A DNA stretch of 64,000 nt from a virus (IMGVR_UViG_3300027628_000007), one strand, 5' to 3'; positions 37,915-44,933 are shown, counted from the stretch's first letter. Numbers and translations: made by a program. The notes: a model not told the origin generated them from the sequence alone.

Positions 37915-38253
37915 ATGAAGATTCAGCTACCCGATGGGAAACAGCGAACGCTAGATGAGCATATTCCTCTAGAAGACAAGAAACGTATCGTTGAAGACTT
38001 GACGGAAGAATGGATGACCATTATTAAATTGAATTGGCATAGTAATTCGGTAAAGTATTTTCTTGATTCGTTAGCAAATTATTTGGTTTGGCATAAGGAA
38101 GAAGACAAAAAAGGCTTGGAAGACAAAGAGATTCTATCTAGGAAAAAGTTAGAGCAAATGTCTAAAATGAAGAAGACAAGCAAACAAGTTAATTTTTCAG
38201 ATTTGCCGAAGGAACAATACGAGTTGTTATTTGGCGAAAGAGGTGCTGAATAA
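37915..38253 (+). CDS. Hypothetical protein
   Basis: Start refined by RBS. Confidence 0.8.
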   Translation: MKIQLPDGKQRTLDEHIPLEDKKRIVEDLTEEWMTIIKLNWHSNSVKYFLDSLANYLVWHKEEDKKGLEDKEILSRKKLEQMSKMKKTSKQVNFSDLPKEQYELLFGERGAE

Positions 38254-38549
38254 TGATGACAAGATTAGAAAAAAGCACTGCAATCATTTCAAAAGCGAAA
38301 GTATCAAAATGGTGCTACGTGAATACGGAAAATGAATTTAGATTCAAAGACCATACATATGTGATTGATAATAGTGTTGAAGAGTACAAAGTACATAACA
38401 AAGCAGGCACTACATACGACTATACGAATGAAGCGTACATGTTTGAAGTGTTAGCAGTAATTGACCAAGACGACAATATTAAATTCTATAATCAGAACTA
38501 CGATTATATTAAACCAGAAAATGTATATGTAAGATATGTTACTTGGTAA
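38253..38549 (+). CDS. Hypothetical protein
   Basis: Coupled ORF. Confidence 0.8.
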   Translation: MMTRLEKSTAIISKAKVSKWCYVNTENEFRFKDHTYVIDNSVEEYKVHNKAGTTYDYTNEAYMFEVLAVIDQDDNIKFYNQNYDYIKPENVYVRYVTW

Positions 38550-38564
38550 GAGGGGTGAAAGAAC

Positions 38565-38867
38565 TTGAATTTATCTAAACTAATTCATGAAGTATGGAAG
38601 GACAAACGTGTAAAAGACTTGGGCATTAGAAAGAGCGAAGTAAAGGTGGTAGTTAAAGTAGCGGTAGACCATATGGTTAAAGGTTTACTTGAATACGGAA
38701 AACTCAAATTAACAGGATTGTTTACCTTAGTAGTAAAACAAGCAAAGGGTCGCAGAATTAGAAACCCTCAAACTGGTGAAGAAATGTACAGCAAAGATTA
38801 CAACAAGATTGGTATTGAGCCTTCTAAGAGACTTAAAGATGGATTAAAAAAATTCAAAAAGCAATAG
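38565..38867 (+). CDS. HU/IHF-like DNA-binding protein
   Basis: GLFTL...RRIRNPQTGE...PSKRLK signature. Confidence 0.9.
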   Translation: MNLSKLIHEVWKDKRVKDLGIRKSEVKVVVKVAVDHMVKGLLEYGKLKLTGLFTLVVKQAKGRRIRNPQTGEEMYSKDYNKIGIEPSKRLKDGLKKFKKQ

Positions 38868-38886
38868 CCAAAGGGAGAAATGACAA

Positions 38887-40104
38887 ATGAAATACATCAT
38901 TGATACGAATGTATTACTTAGAAATCCAGAAATTGTAAAAGAGTATGATGCAGTAATTCCTTCTCATGTATTAAGAGAAATCGAAGACCTAGAGTTAAAA
39001 AGAAAAAGCGATAGAACATTGCAGTTTGAGATTCGCAGATTAAAGAAATTCTTAGATGCGAATGACCATATTTACGTTGACAAAAGAGATTACAAGTTTA
39101 CACTTGATGATGAATTAGATGGTCAATATGTGGACAACATCTTATTACAGGTAGCTGTAGACAACGGTTGGGGTATCGTTACTGGTGACCGTTTAATGAA
39201 GCTGAAATGCAGAGATTACAATATTCCTTTCGTAAATCTAGAAGAAGACCATTTCGTGGAGCACAAAGGATTCAAAGAAGAAGAGCTTTCAGAGACAGAG
39301 TGGATTAATATGATGGACACACCATTTATAAACTACTTTGAGTTAATGATTAATGAATACGCTATCATTAACAATGTAAAAGATGGAGAGCTGTTAGACA
39401 TCGTTAAATGGGATGGAAAAGAGACAAAATCATTACGAGATGCAAATGGCAATCTAGGTGCTAAATTCTCAACTTTACAATTTGGTGAGTTTAAGCCGTT
39501 TGATGAACAACAAATCATGGCAATTGATAGTATTAGAAGTAATCAGTTAACATCTATTCGTGGGCGTGCAGGTAGTGGTAAATCACTAATCACGTTAAAC
39601 ACTGCTTGGAGACTAGTTGAGGAAGAAGGATACAAGCTAGTAATGTTTGTTAACCCAACACCTCTTCGTGAAGCACAAGAGCTTGGATTCTACAAGGGTG
39701 ACCGTAAAGAGAAGTTAATGCAATCAGCAGTAGGTACAATGCTTAAATCTAAATTCGGTAGCGAAGAAGAAATTGAAAAGCAAATCATCTATGAGCGTTT
39801 AGAAATCCTTCCATTCGTAGATTTACGTGGTTGGGACTCTGGTGATAATAAAACTATCGTATGGATTCTAGAAGCACAGAATTTAACGGCAGACCTTATG
39901 AAACTTGGTCTACAACGTATCACAGAGAATACTAAAGTAGTAGTAGATGGAGATTTCCATGCACAGGTCGATAAAGACTCTTACGCTTCTAACAACGGTA
40001 TGAAACGTATGTCAGAGGTGTTTAGAGGGGATGTACTATATGGTGAAGTTGAATTACAAACTGTACACCGTAGCCGTTTAGCAGACCTTGCAGACAAAAT
40101 GTAA
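38887..40104 (+). CDS. phoH: PIN-PhoH fusion (PhoH2-like RNase/ATPase)
   Basis: IIDTNVLL PIN motif; GRAGSGKS, EAQN, VDGD PhoH motifs. Confidence 0.92.
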   Translation: MKYIIDTNVLLRNPEIVKEYDAVIPSHVLREIEDLELKRKSDRTLQFEIRRLKKFLDANDHIYVDKRDYKFTLDDELDGQYVDNILLQVAVDNGWGIVTGDRLMKLKCRDYNIPFVNLEEDHFVEHKGFKEEELSETEWINMMDTPFINYFELMINEYAIINNVKDGELLDIVKWDGKETKSLRDANGNLGAKFSTLQFGEFKPFDEQQIMAIDSIRSNQLTSIRGRAGSGKSLITLNTAWRLVEEEGYKLVMFVNPTPLREAQELGFYKGDRKEKLMQSAVGTMLKSKFGSEEEIEKQIIYERLEILPFVDLRGWDSGDNKTIVWILEAQNLTADLMKLGLQRITENTKVVVDGDFHAQVDKDSYASNNGMKRMSEVFRGDVLYGEVELQTVHRSRLADLADKM

Positions 40105-40108
40105 GAAG

Positions 40109-40133
40109 AGTGGGGTGACTCATCCCACTTTTA
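40109..40133 (+). terminator. Terminator after phoH
   Basis: AGTGGG-loop-CCCACT-TTT. Confidence 0.65.
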
Positions 40134-40156
40134 TATATTAAGAAAGGATGAATAAA

Positions 40157-40576
40157 TTGAGTAACAGAGAAACAAGTTTTAGTATGGATAAGGTTGAATT
40201 ATTCCATTGGGATGAAACAGCAGGAGTATTTAAACCATTATCAATCAATGGGGGAATCCCTGTAACGATTGTTGGTGGAGGAACAGGAGGAACTAGCGTG
40301 ACATTTTTAAGCGGTACTGTAGCACCTACGGCAGACAAGGGTGTAGATGGCGATGTGTATTTAAATGCATCTAATGGAGATTTACATAAGAAAGTATCTG
40401 GTGCTTGGACACTATTAATGAACCTTAAAGGAGCAACAGGGGCTACAGGTTTAACTGGTGCAAAAGGTGATAAGGGAGATAAGGGTGACACTGGTGCTAA
40501 AGGTGCAGATGGTTTCGGTACACAAGCTCAATACGATGACATCATCGCTCGTTTAACTGCTTTAGAAACAAAATAA
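40157..40576 (+). CDS. Collagen-like repeat protein
   Basis: G-X-Y run GATGATGLTGAKGDKGDKGDTGAKGADG; start refined. Confidence 0.8.
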   Translation: MSNRETSFSMDKVELFHWDETAGVFKPLSINGGIPVTIVGGGTGGTSVTFLSGTVAPTADKGVDGDVYLNASNGDLHKKVSGAWTLLMNLKGATGATGLTGAKGDKGDKGDTGAKGADGFGTQAQYDDIIARLTALETK

Positions 40577-40582
40577 TAAATC

Positions 40583-40624
40583 GTAACACATTTGGTTGAC
40601 AAGCGTAAATGATAATGATATTAT
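40583..40624 (+). promoter_or_regulatory. Class B promoter
   Basis: GTAACACA-N5-TTGACA-17-TATTAT. Confidence 0.75.
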
Positions 40625-40723
40625 ATAACTACAGCAAGTAACTGTAATTGGACAATCGCATACGCCAATATGTGGGAGTTAAGAAGTTCTCCTAAAAAAA
40701 ACTTCAAATCTTTTTCAACGAAC

Positions 40724-40765
40724 GTAACACATTCAGTTGACAAAAGCAAATAGTAATGATATAAT
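40724..40765 (+). promoter_or_regulatory. Class B promoter driving the tRNA/ncRNA array
   Basis: GTAACACA-N5-TTGACA-17-TATAAT, extended -10. Confidence 0.9.
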
Positions 40766-40794
40766 ACTTATTACAAGGTTAAGAAATTAACCGA

Positions 40795-40856
40795 AAGGCA
40801 CGAACAGCAAACTCACAAACAACTATTCAATTGGTATGAAAATGTGAAGTGCCTTG
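40795..40856 (+). ncRNA. ACAGCAA-stem RNA Y1
   Basis: AAGGCAC-GA-ACAGCAA ... GTGCCTTG; inner TCACA/TGTGA stem. Confidence 0.75.
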
Positions 40857-40863
40857 TTATCAT

Positions 40864-40936
40864 GCTCCTATAGCTCCAATGGTAGAGCGACAGATTGTTA
40901 ATCTGGGTGTTGTTGGTTCGAATCCATCTAGGAGCG
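40864..40936 (+). tRNA. trnN: tRNA-Asn (GTT)
   Basis: Cloverleaf; loop TTGTTAA. Confidence 0.9.
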
Positions 40937-40987
40937 TAAACGTGGCGTACTATCCGCAGACACGTAAAGAAATAGATAGTGATTTAT

Positions 40988-41061
40988 GGCTCATTAGTTT
41001 AATGGTAAAACGGTGCACTGTCTATGCACAGTTAGGGGTTCGATTCCCCTATGGGTCGCCA
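40988..41061 (+). tRNA. trnD: tRNA-Asp (GTC), CCA encoded
   Basis: Cloverleaf; loop CTGTCTA. Confidence 0.92.
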
Positions 41062-41062
41062 T

Positions 41063-41136
41063 ACGTCTTTAGTGTAGTGGTAACACTCTAGTCTCCAAAA
41101 CTAGCATCCTTGGTTCAAATCCAAGAGGGCGTGCCA
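41063..41136 (+). tRNA. trnW: tRNA-Trp (CCA), CCA encoded
   Basis: Cloverleaf; loop CTCCAAA. Confidence 0.92.
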
Positions 41137-41137
41137 C

Positions 41138-41208
41138 GTGGAATTAGTTTAGCGGTAGAATTTCTGATTGCCATTCAGAAGGCAGGGTTTCGATTACCCT
41201 ATTCCACA
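41138..41208 (+). tRNA. trnG: tRNA-Gly (GCC)
   Basis: Cloverleaf; loop TTGCCAT. Confidence 0.88.
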
Positions 41209-41214
41209 TATTAT

Positions 41215-41288
41215 TTCGGTGTAGACAAACTGGTAAAGTCACTAGCCTTTGAAGCTAGGGTTTGGAGGTTCGAAGCCTTCCACCGAAG
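41215..41288 (+). tRNA. trnQ: tRNA-Gln (TTG)
   Basis: Cloverleaf; loop CTTTGAA. Confidence 0.92.
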
Positions 41289-41357
41289 TCTAACCAAAGT
41301 TTCACACTTTGGAAACTAGATATTAATTTCTTAATACTAATATTAGTATCTAGTTTC

Positions 41358-41428
41358 CAGTGTGTGGCGTAATGGTAACGCAGTGGACTGTGAATCCATG
41401 AATGAGAGTTCGATTCTCTCCATGCTGA
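41358..41428 (+). tRNA. trnH: tRNA-His (GTG), lacking G-1/C73
   Basis: Cloverleaf; loop CTGTGAA. Confidence 0.85.
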
Positions 41429-41483
41429 TAAGAGAATGTTTACAGTATTATTCAACTCTTTAAAAAGAAACTGTCCACAACGA

Positions 41484-41556
41484 TGCGGTGAGGACAAATG
41501 GTTAAGTTGCTTGGCTCATAACCAAGAGATAGAGGGTTCGACTCCCTCCACCGTAA
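41484..41556 (+). tRNA. trnM: tRNA-Met/Ile2 (CAT)
   Basis: Cloverleaf; loop CTCATAA; paired 1:72, so not an initiator. Confidence 0.88.
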
Positions 41557-41560
41557 TTTA

Positions 41561-41678
41561 AAGACACTAACAGCTACTACTTACAGAGCAAAACCTTCTA
41601 TCGTTGGTTCGAATCCAACCGTAGGCTTGATGCCTACGTGGACAAGTGGTTAAGTCAAAGGTCAATTAAAGTGTCTTG
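41561..41678 (+). ncRNA. ACAGC-stem RNA Y2 with circularly permuted tRNA module (YrlA-like topology)
   Basis: T arm, closed acceptor hairpin, D arm, ACCTT/AAGGT stem inside AAGACAC/GTGTCTT. Confidence 0.85.
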
Positions 41679-41683
41679 ATTAT

Positions 41684-41764
41684 GCGTGGGTGATGGAACT
41701 GGTAGACATGTGGGACTTAAAATCCCATGCCTAGTGCGTGAGGGTTCGAATCCCTCCCTACGTA
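41684..41764 (+). tRNA. trnL: tRNA-Leu (TAA)
   Basis: Cloverleaf with long variable arm. Confidence 0.9.
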
Positions 41765-41780
41765 TCAACTTTTTACCATA

Positions 41781-41854
41781 GGGGCTGTGGTGAAGGGGTT
41801 TAACACGCTAGTCTGCAAAACTAGTATCCGCCAGTTCAAATCTGGTCAGTCCCT
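41781..41854 (+). tRNA. trnC: tRNA-Cys (GCA)
   Basis: Cloverleaf; U73. Confidence 0.9.
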
Positions 41855-41869
41855 CTCAATTATTATTAC

Positions 41870-41943
41870 GCTCTGTTGGACAAATCGGTCAAGTCGCTAC
41901 CCTTTCAAGGTAGAGAATGCGAGTTCGAATCTCGTACAGAGTA
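41870..41943 (+). tRNA. trnE: tRNA-Glu (TTC)
   Basis: Cloverleaf; loop CTTTCAA. Confidence 0.92.
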
Positions 41944-41947
41944 TACA

Positions 41948-42066
41948 AAGACACATACAGCAACTACATTAAATACACTTTCAGAACAAGTAAGGTCTAG
42001 GTTCGAATCCTAGCGTGGCGTGACTAAGCCATGTGGTGTAATGGGAGCATTAAATAATGTGTCTTG
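41948..42066 (+). ncRNA. ACAGCAA-stem RNA Y3 with permuted T/acceptor/D module
   Basis: CTAGG-TTCGAAT-CCTAG, CGTGGC/GCCATG, GTGT-AATGGGA-GCAT inside AAGACAC/GTGTCTT. Confidence 0.85.
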
Positions 42067-42094
42067 CAGAGAGTCTAGTCAACTCTCACCACAT

Positions 42095-42165
42095 GGTCAG
42101 TTCGTATAGTGGAAATACAATCGGCTGATAACCGATAAACGGAAGTTCAATTCTTTCACTGACCA
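42095..42165 (+). tRNA. trnI: tRNA-Ile (GAT)
   Basis: Cloverleaf; loop CTGATAA. Confidence 0.9.
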
Positions 42166-42175
42166 TTTATATTAT

Positions 42176-42259
42176 GTTGGTGCGGTAACGTTGGAGTGTT
42201 ACGGTGGGCTGTAACCCCATTGGCATTTGCCTTAGTAGGTTCGAATCCTATCACCTTCA
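42176..42259 (+). tRNA. trnY: tRNA-Tyr (GTA), two acceptor mismatches
   Basis: Long variable arm; T.T at 2:71 and 3:70. Confidence 0.75.
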
Positions 42260-42270
42260 TCTTTTATTAT

Positions 42271-42343
42271 GGCGAAGTAATCCAACGGCAGAGATAGTGG
42301 TCTTAGAAGCCATCCAGTGAGGGTTCGAATCCCTCTTTCGCTA
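42271..42343 (+). tRNA. trnL: tRNA-Leu (TAG) with short variable loop
   Basis: Cloverleaf; 5-nt variable region; A73. Confidence 0.85.
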
Positions 42344-42349
42344 TTCCTA

Positions 42350-42473
42350 AAGGCATGTACAGCAATTAAAAAATTCGGTCAGCCATTATTTGACTAGTAG
42401 CTCAACTGGTTAGAGCATCCGATTGATAATCGGAAGGTTGTTGGTTCGAGTCCAACCTTAATTGTGTGCCTTG
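42350..42473 (+). ncRNA. ACAGCAA-stem RNA Y4 enclosing an acceptor-less tRNA-Ile(GAT) body
   Basis: Intact D, anticodon and T arms nested in AAGGCAT/GTGCCTT and CAATTAA/TTAATTG. Confidence 0.85.
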
Positions 42474-42481
42474 TTTATTAC

Positions 42482-42555
42482 GTGGATATGGGGCAGTCTG
42501 GTAGCCTACTCCTTTTGGAAGGGAGATGTCGCAGGTTCAAATCCTGCTATCCGCA
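42482..42555 (+). tRNA. trnP: tRNA-Pro (TGG)
   Basis: Cloverleaf; loop TTTGGAA. Confidence 0.9.
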
Positions 42556-42626
42556 CTAATCTTACTGGTGTTCTAGATTTCAAAGACGAAGACTAGAGTT
42601 AAGCTTCTCTTATAAAAAGCATTCTT

Positions 42627-42710
42627 GGACGGTTAGACATAATGGTATTGGGTCGGTCTTGAAAACCGATGGGGGTAAAACCTTTGGGAGTTCGAATCTC
42701 TCACCGTCCG
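42627..42710 (+). tRNA. trnS: tRNA-Ser (TGA)
   Basis: Long variable arm; G73. Confidence 0.88.
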
Positions 42711-42716
42711 TATCTT

Positions 42717-42806
42717 GGATAGTTGTCAGAGTTAGGCTTATCGTGCTTCCCTGCTAAGGAAGTGTGGGTAACACCACCACAGGTTCAAATCCTGTACTAT
42801 CCGCCA
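42717..42806 (+). tRNA. trnS: tRNA-Ser (GCT), CCA encoded
   Basis: Long variable arm; loop CTGCTAA. Confidence 0.9.
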
Positions 42807-42807
42807 C

Positions 42808-42879
42808 GTGGAATTAGTGTAATTGGCAACATCGGTGATTTCCAATCATCTGTTACGAGTTCGACCCTCGTATTCCACA
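42808..42879 (+). tRNA. trnG: tRNA-Gly (TCC)
   Basis: Cloverleaf; same acceptor stem as the GCC copy. Confidence 0.9.
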
Positions 42880-42884
42880 TATTT

Positions 42885-42956
42885 ATCTCTATAGTGTAAT
42901 GGACAACACACAGGACTACGAATCCTGTAATTGAGGTTCGAATCCTCATAGGGATG
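42885..42956 (+). tRNA. trnR: tRNA-Arg (ACG)
   Basis: Cloverleaf; loop CTACGAA. Confidence 0.92.
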
Positions 42957-42962
42957 TATTTT

Positions 42963-43036
42963 CTCCACTTAGCTCAATTGGACAGAGCGGTAGGTTTCTA
43001 CCCTATAGGTTAGGGGTTCGAGTCCTCTAGTGGAGG
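42963..43036 (+). tRNA. trnR: tRNA-Arg (TCT)
   Basis: Cloverleaf; loop TTTCTAC. Confidence 0.92.
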
Positions 43037-43040
43037 TATG

Positions 43041-43103
43041 TAGGCTCTAACAGCAATCATAATCCATTTGACTGTTAATCAAAAAAAGGTATAAAGAGCC
43101 TAG
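43041..43103 (+). ncRNA. ACAGCAA-stem RNA Y5 carrying an isolated tRNA-Asn anticodon stem-loop
   Basis: TAGGCTC/GAGCCTA stem; TTTGA-CTGTTAA-TCAAA. Confidence 0.8.
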
Positions 43104-43116
43104 TTTTTAAAATAAT

Positions 43117-43158
43117 GTAACACACTTGCTTGACAAAAGCAAAAGATAATAGTATAAT
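43117..43158 (+). promoter_or_regulatory. Class B promoter of Y6-Y7-TROVE
   Basis: GTAACACA-N5-TTGACA-17-TATAAT. Confidence 0.9.
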
Positions 43159-43165
43159 TAACTCA

Positions 43166-43242
43166 TAGACTCACACAGCAATCTACATACATATGACCAA
43201 ATTTAAAGATTAAAAGAATTTATCAAAAGTATTAGAGTCTAG
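43166..43242 (+). ncRNA. ACAGCAA-stem RNA Y6
   Basis: TAGACTC-AC-ACAGCAA ... GAGTCTAG, starting about 8 nt after the -10. Confidence 0.75.
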
Positions 43243-43255
43243 CAATACTGTTTTA

Positions 43256-43355
43256 AAGACACACACAGCAATCCTAAACCAAACAACTTACATTAAAAGA
43301 TGAATATTATGTGAACTTGGGGTAACAGCCGACTCACAAAAGGTTTAGTGTCTTG
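43256..43355 (+). ncRNA. ACAGCAA-stem RNA Y7
   Basis: AAGACAC-AC-ACAGCAA ... GTGTCTTG; inner TAAACC/GGTTTA. Confidence 0.8.
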
Positions 43356-43451
43356 TTATTAAACAGTTTCTTGCATTTTAAATAACATGATTTAGAGTTT
43401 GAGAAAGTATTTAATAAAAACAATTAAAAGAGAAAAAGGAGTAGTGATACT

Positions 43452-44933
43452 ATGTTAAATCATTTGCAAAACGAGTTTAACAAATCAAAAACAGCGAATG
43501 GGGCATTTGCTTATAAGAGCACAAAGTCAGATGTACTTGACTTGTTTTCTACTGGTGGTGCATTCCGTAATCGCAGTGACGAAGATGTAAAGGTTTTAGT
43601 TTCTAAAGCTTATGGTGAAAATCCAGAATTAGCTATGAAAACCTTATTCTATCTTCGTGATATTACAGAGGGTCAAGGTGAAAGACGTTTCTTCCGAGTT
43701 GCTATGCAACATTTAGCTCTTCATCACAAAGAGTCATTAAAGAAGAATTTAGCGTTAGTGCCTGCATTTGGTCGATGGGATGACTTATGGGTGTTGCTAG
43801 ACACAGACTTAAAGGCAGACGTATTAGCTTTAGTTAAACGTCAATTAAATGCTGATAAGAAAGCAGAACATCCAAGCTTACTAGCTAAGTGGATGCCATC
43901 TGAAAATGCTTCTAGTTACAAGACTAAGAAGTATGCAAAAATCATGCGTGAGCATTTTGGTGTAAAACCAAAGCAATACCGTAAGACATTATCTGCTTTA
44001 AGAGCGAAGTTGAACTTAGTTGAGACTAAGCTTACAGATAAGCGTTATGGAGAAATTCAATATGATAAACTGCCATCACGTGCAGGATTAATTTATCGTG
44101 GAGCATTCTTCCGTAATGATGAAGACCGTTACAAAGACTTTTTGGACAGCTTGACTAAAGGTGAAGTTAAGATTAATGCTAAAACATTATATCCATACGA
44201 CATCGTTAGCAAATGTTTCCAAGGTTTTAGAGGTCAAAACATCTGGGGTGGATTTGGGAAAGAACTAACAAGAGAAGAAATTCAATTGTTAGATGCACAA
44301 TGGAAAGCGTTGCCAGACTTCATTGATGGTGCGAGTGAAAACTCTATCGCTGTCGTGGACACATCTGGTAGCATGACTGGAAATCCAATGAACGTTGCAG
44401 TGTCTTTAGGTATCTACCTAGCTGAACGTAACAAAGGAGTATTCCATAATCACTTCTTAACTTTCAACAGCAGACCAGACCTTAAAAAAGTCGTAGGTGG
44501 CAATATTGTTGAAAAGGCACGTAACTTGTCTGATTCAAGTTGGGGTGGCTCAACTAACATTGAAGCCGTATTCCAAAAAATCTTGGACACAGCAGTTAAA
44601 AACAACGTACCTAAAGAAGAAATGATTGCCAAAGTGTACATCATCTCTGACATGCAGTTTAACCAATGTACGCAAGGTGCTGATACACACATCTTCAAGC
44701 ATATGGCAGAGAAATTCGAAGCTAAAGGTTACGAATTGCCAAACTTAGTATTCTGGAATGTGAACGCATTCGTGAGTAACACACAGTTTACTATGAATGA
44801 GCAAGGAGTGCAATTAGTATCTGGATTGTCACCATCCATCTTCAAGCAATTGTTAGATGCGAATGGCAAGACTGCATATGAGTTGATGTTAGATGTAATT
44901 GAGTCTGATAGATACAAAGAGGTAACAGCGTAA
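43452..44933 (+). CDS. TROVE/Ro60-like (DUF2828-type) protein with C-terminal vWA domain
   Basis: T.NGA.A..ST, LFYLRD..GQGERR, GRWDDL, LAKW.PSE helical region; DTSGSM MIDAS and ISDMQFN. Confidence 0.85.
   Translation: MLNHLQNEFNKSKTANGAFAYKSTKSDVLDLFSTGGAFRNRSDEDVKVLVSKAYGENPELAMKTLFYLRDITEGQGERRFFRVAMQHLALHHKESLKKNLALVPAFGRWDDLWVLLDTDLKADVLALVKRQLNADKKAEHPSLLAKWMPSENASSYKTKKYAKIMREHFGVKPKQYRKTLSALRAKLNLVETKLTDKRYGEIQYDKLPSRAGLIYRGAFFRNDEDRYKDFLDSLTKGEVKINAKTLYPYDIVSKCFQGFRGQNIWGGFGKELTREEIQLLDAQWKALPDFIDGASENSIAVVDTSGSMTGNPMNVAVSLGIYLAERNKGVFHNHFLTFNSRPDLKKVVGGNIVEKARNLSDSSWGGSTNIEAVFQKILDTAVKNNVPKEEMIAKVYIISDMQFNQCTQGADTHIFKHMAEKFEAKGYELPNLVFWNVNAFVSNTQFTMNEQGVQLVSGLSPSIFKQLLDANGKTAYELMLDVIESDRYKEVTA

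Noticed and set aside
40631-40700. Eighth ACAGCAA at the start of a short transcript
   Set aside because: No 7-bp closing stem; forms TACAG/CTGTA instead; at most a degenerate copy
42566-42622. preQ1-I riboswitch resemblance (GTTCTAG ... CTCTTATAAAAA)
   Set aside because: P1 stem is missing, spacing is too long, and no downstream CDS
40795-43355. CRISPR array interpretation of the ACAGCAA repeats
   Set aside because: Repeats are split into two complementary halves around variable cargo, spacing is irregular with tRNAs in between, and no cas genes are seen
43166-43450. T-box riboswitch ahead of the TROVE gene
   Set aside because: No T-box (GGTGG.ACC) or terminator/antiterminator found
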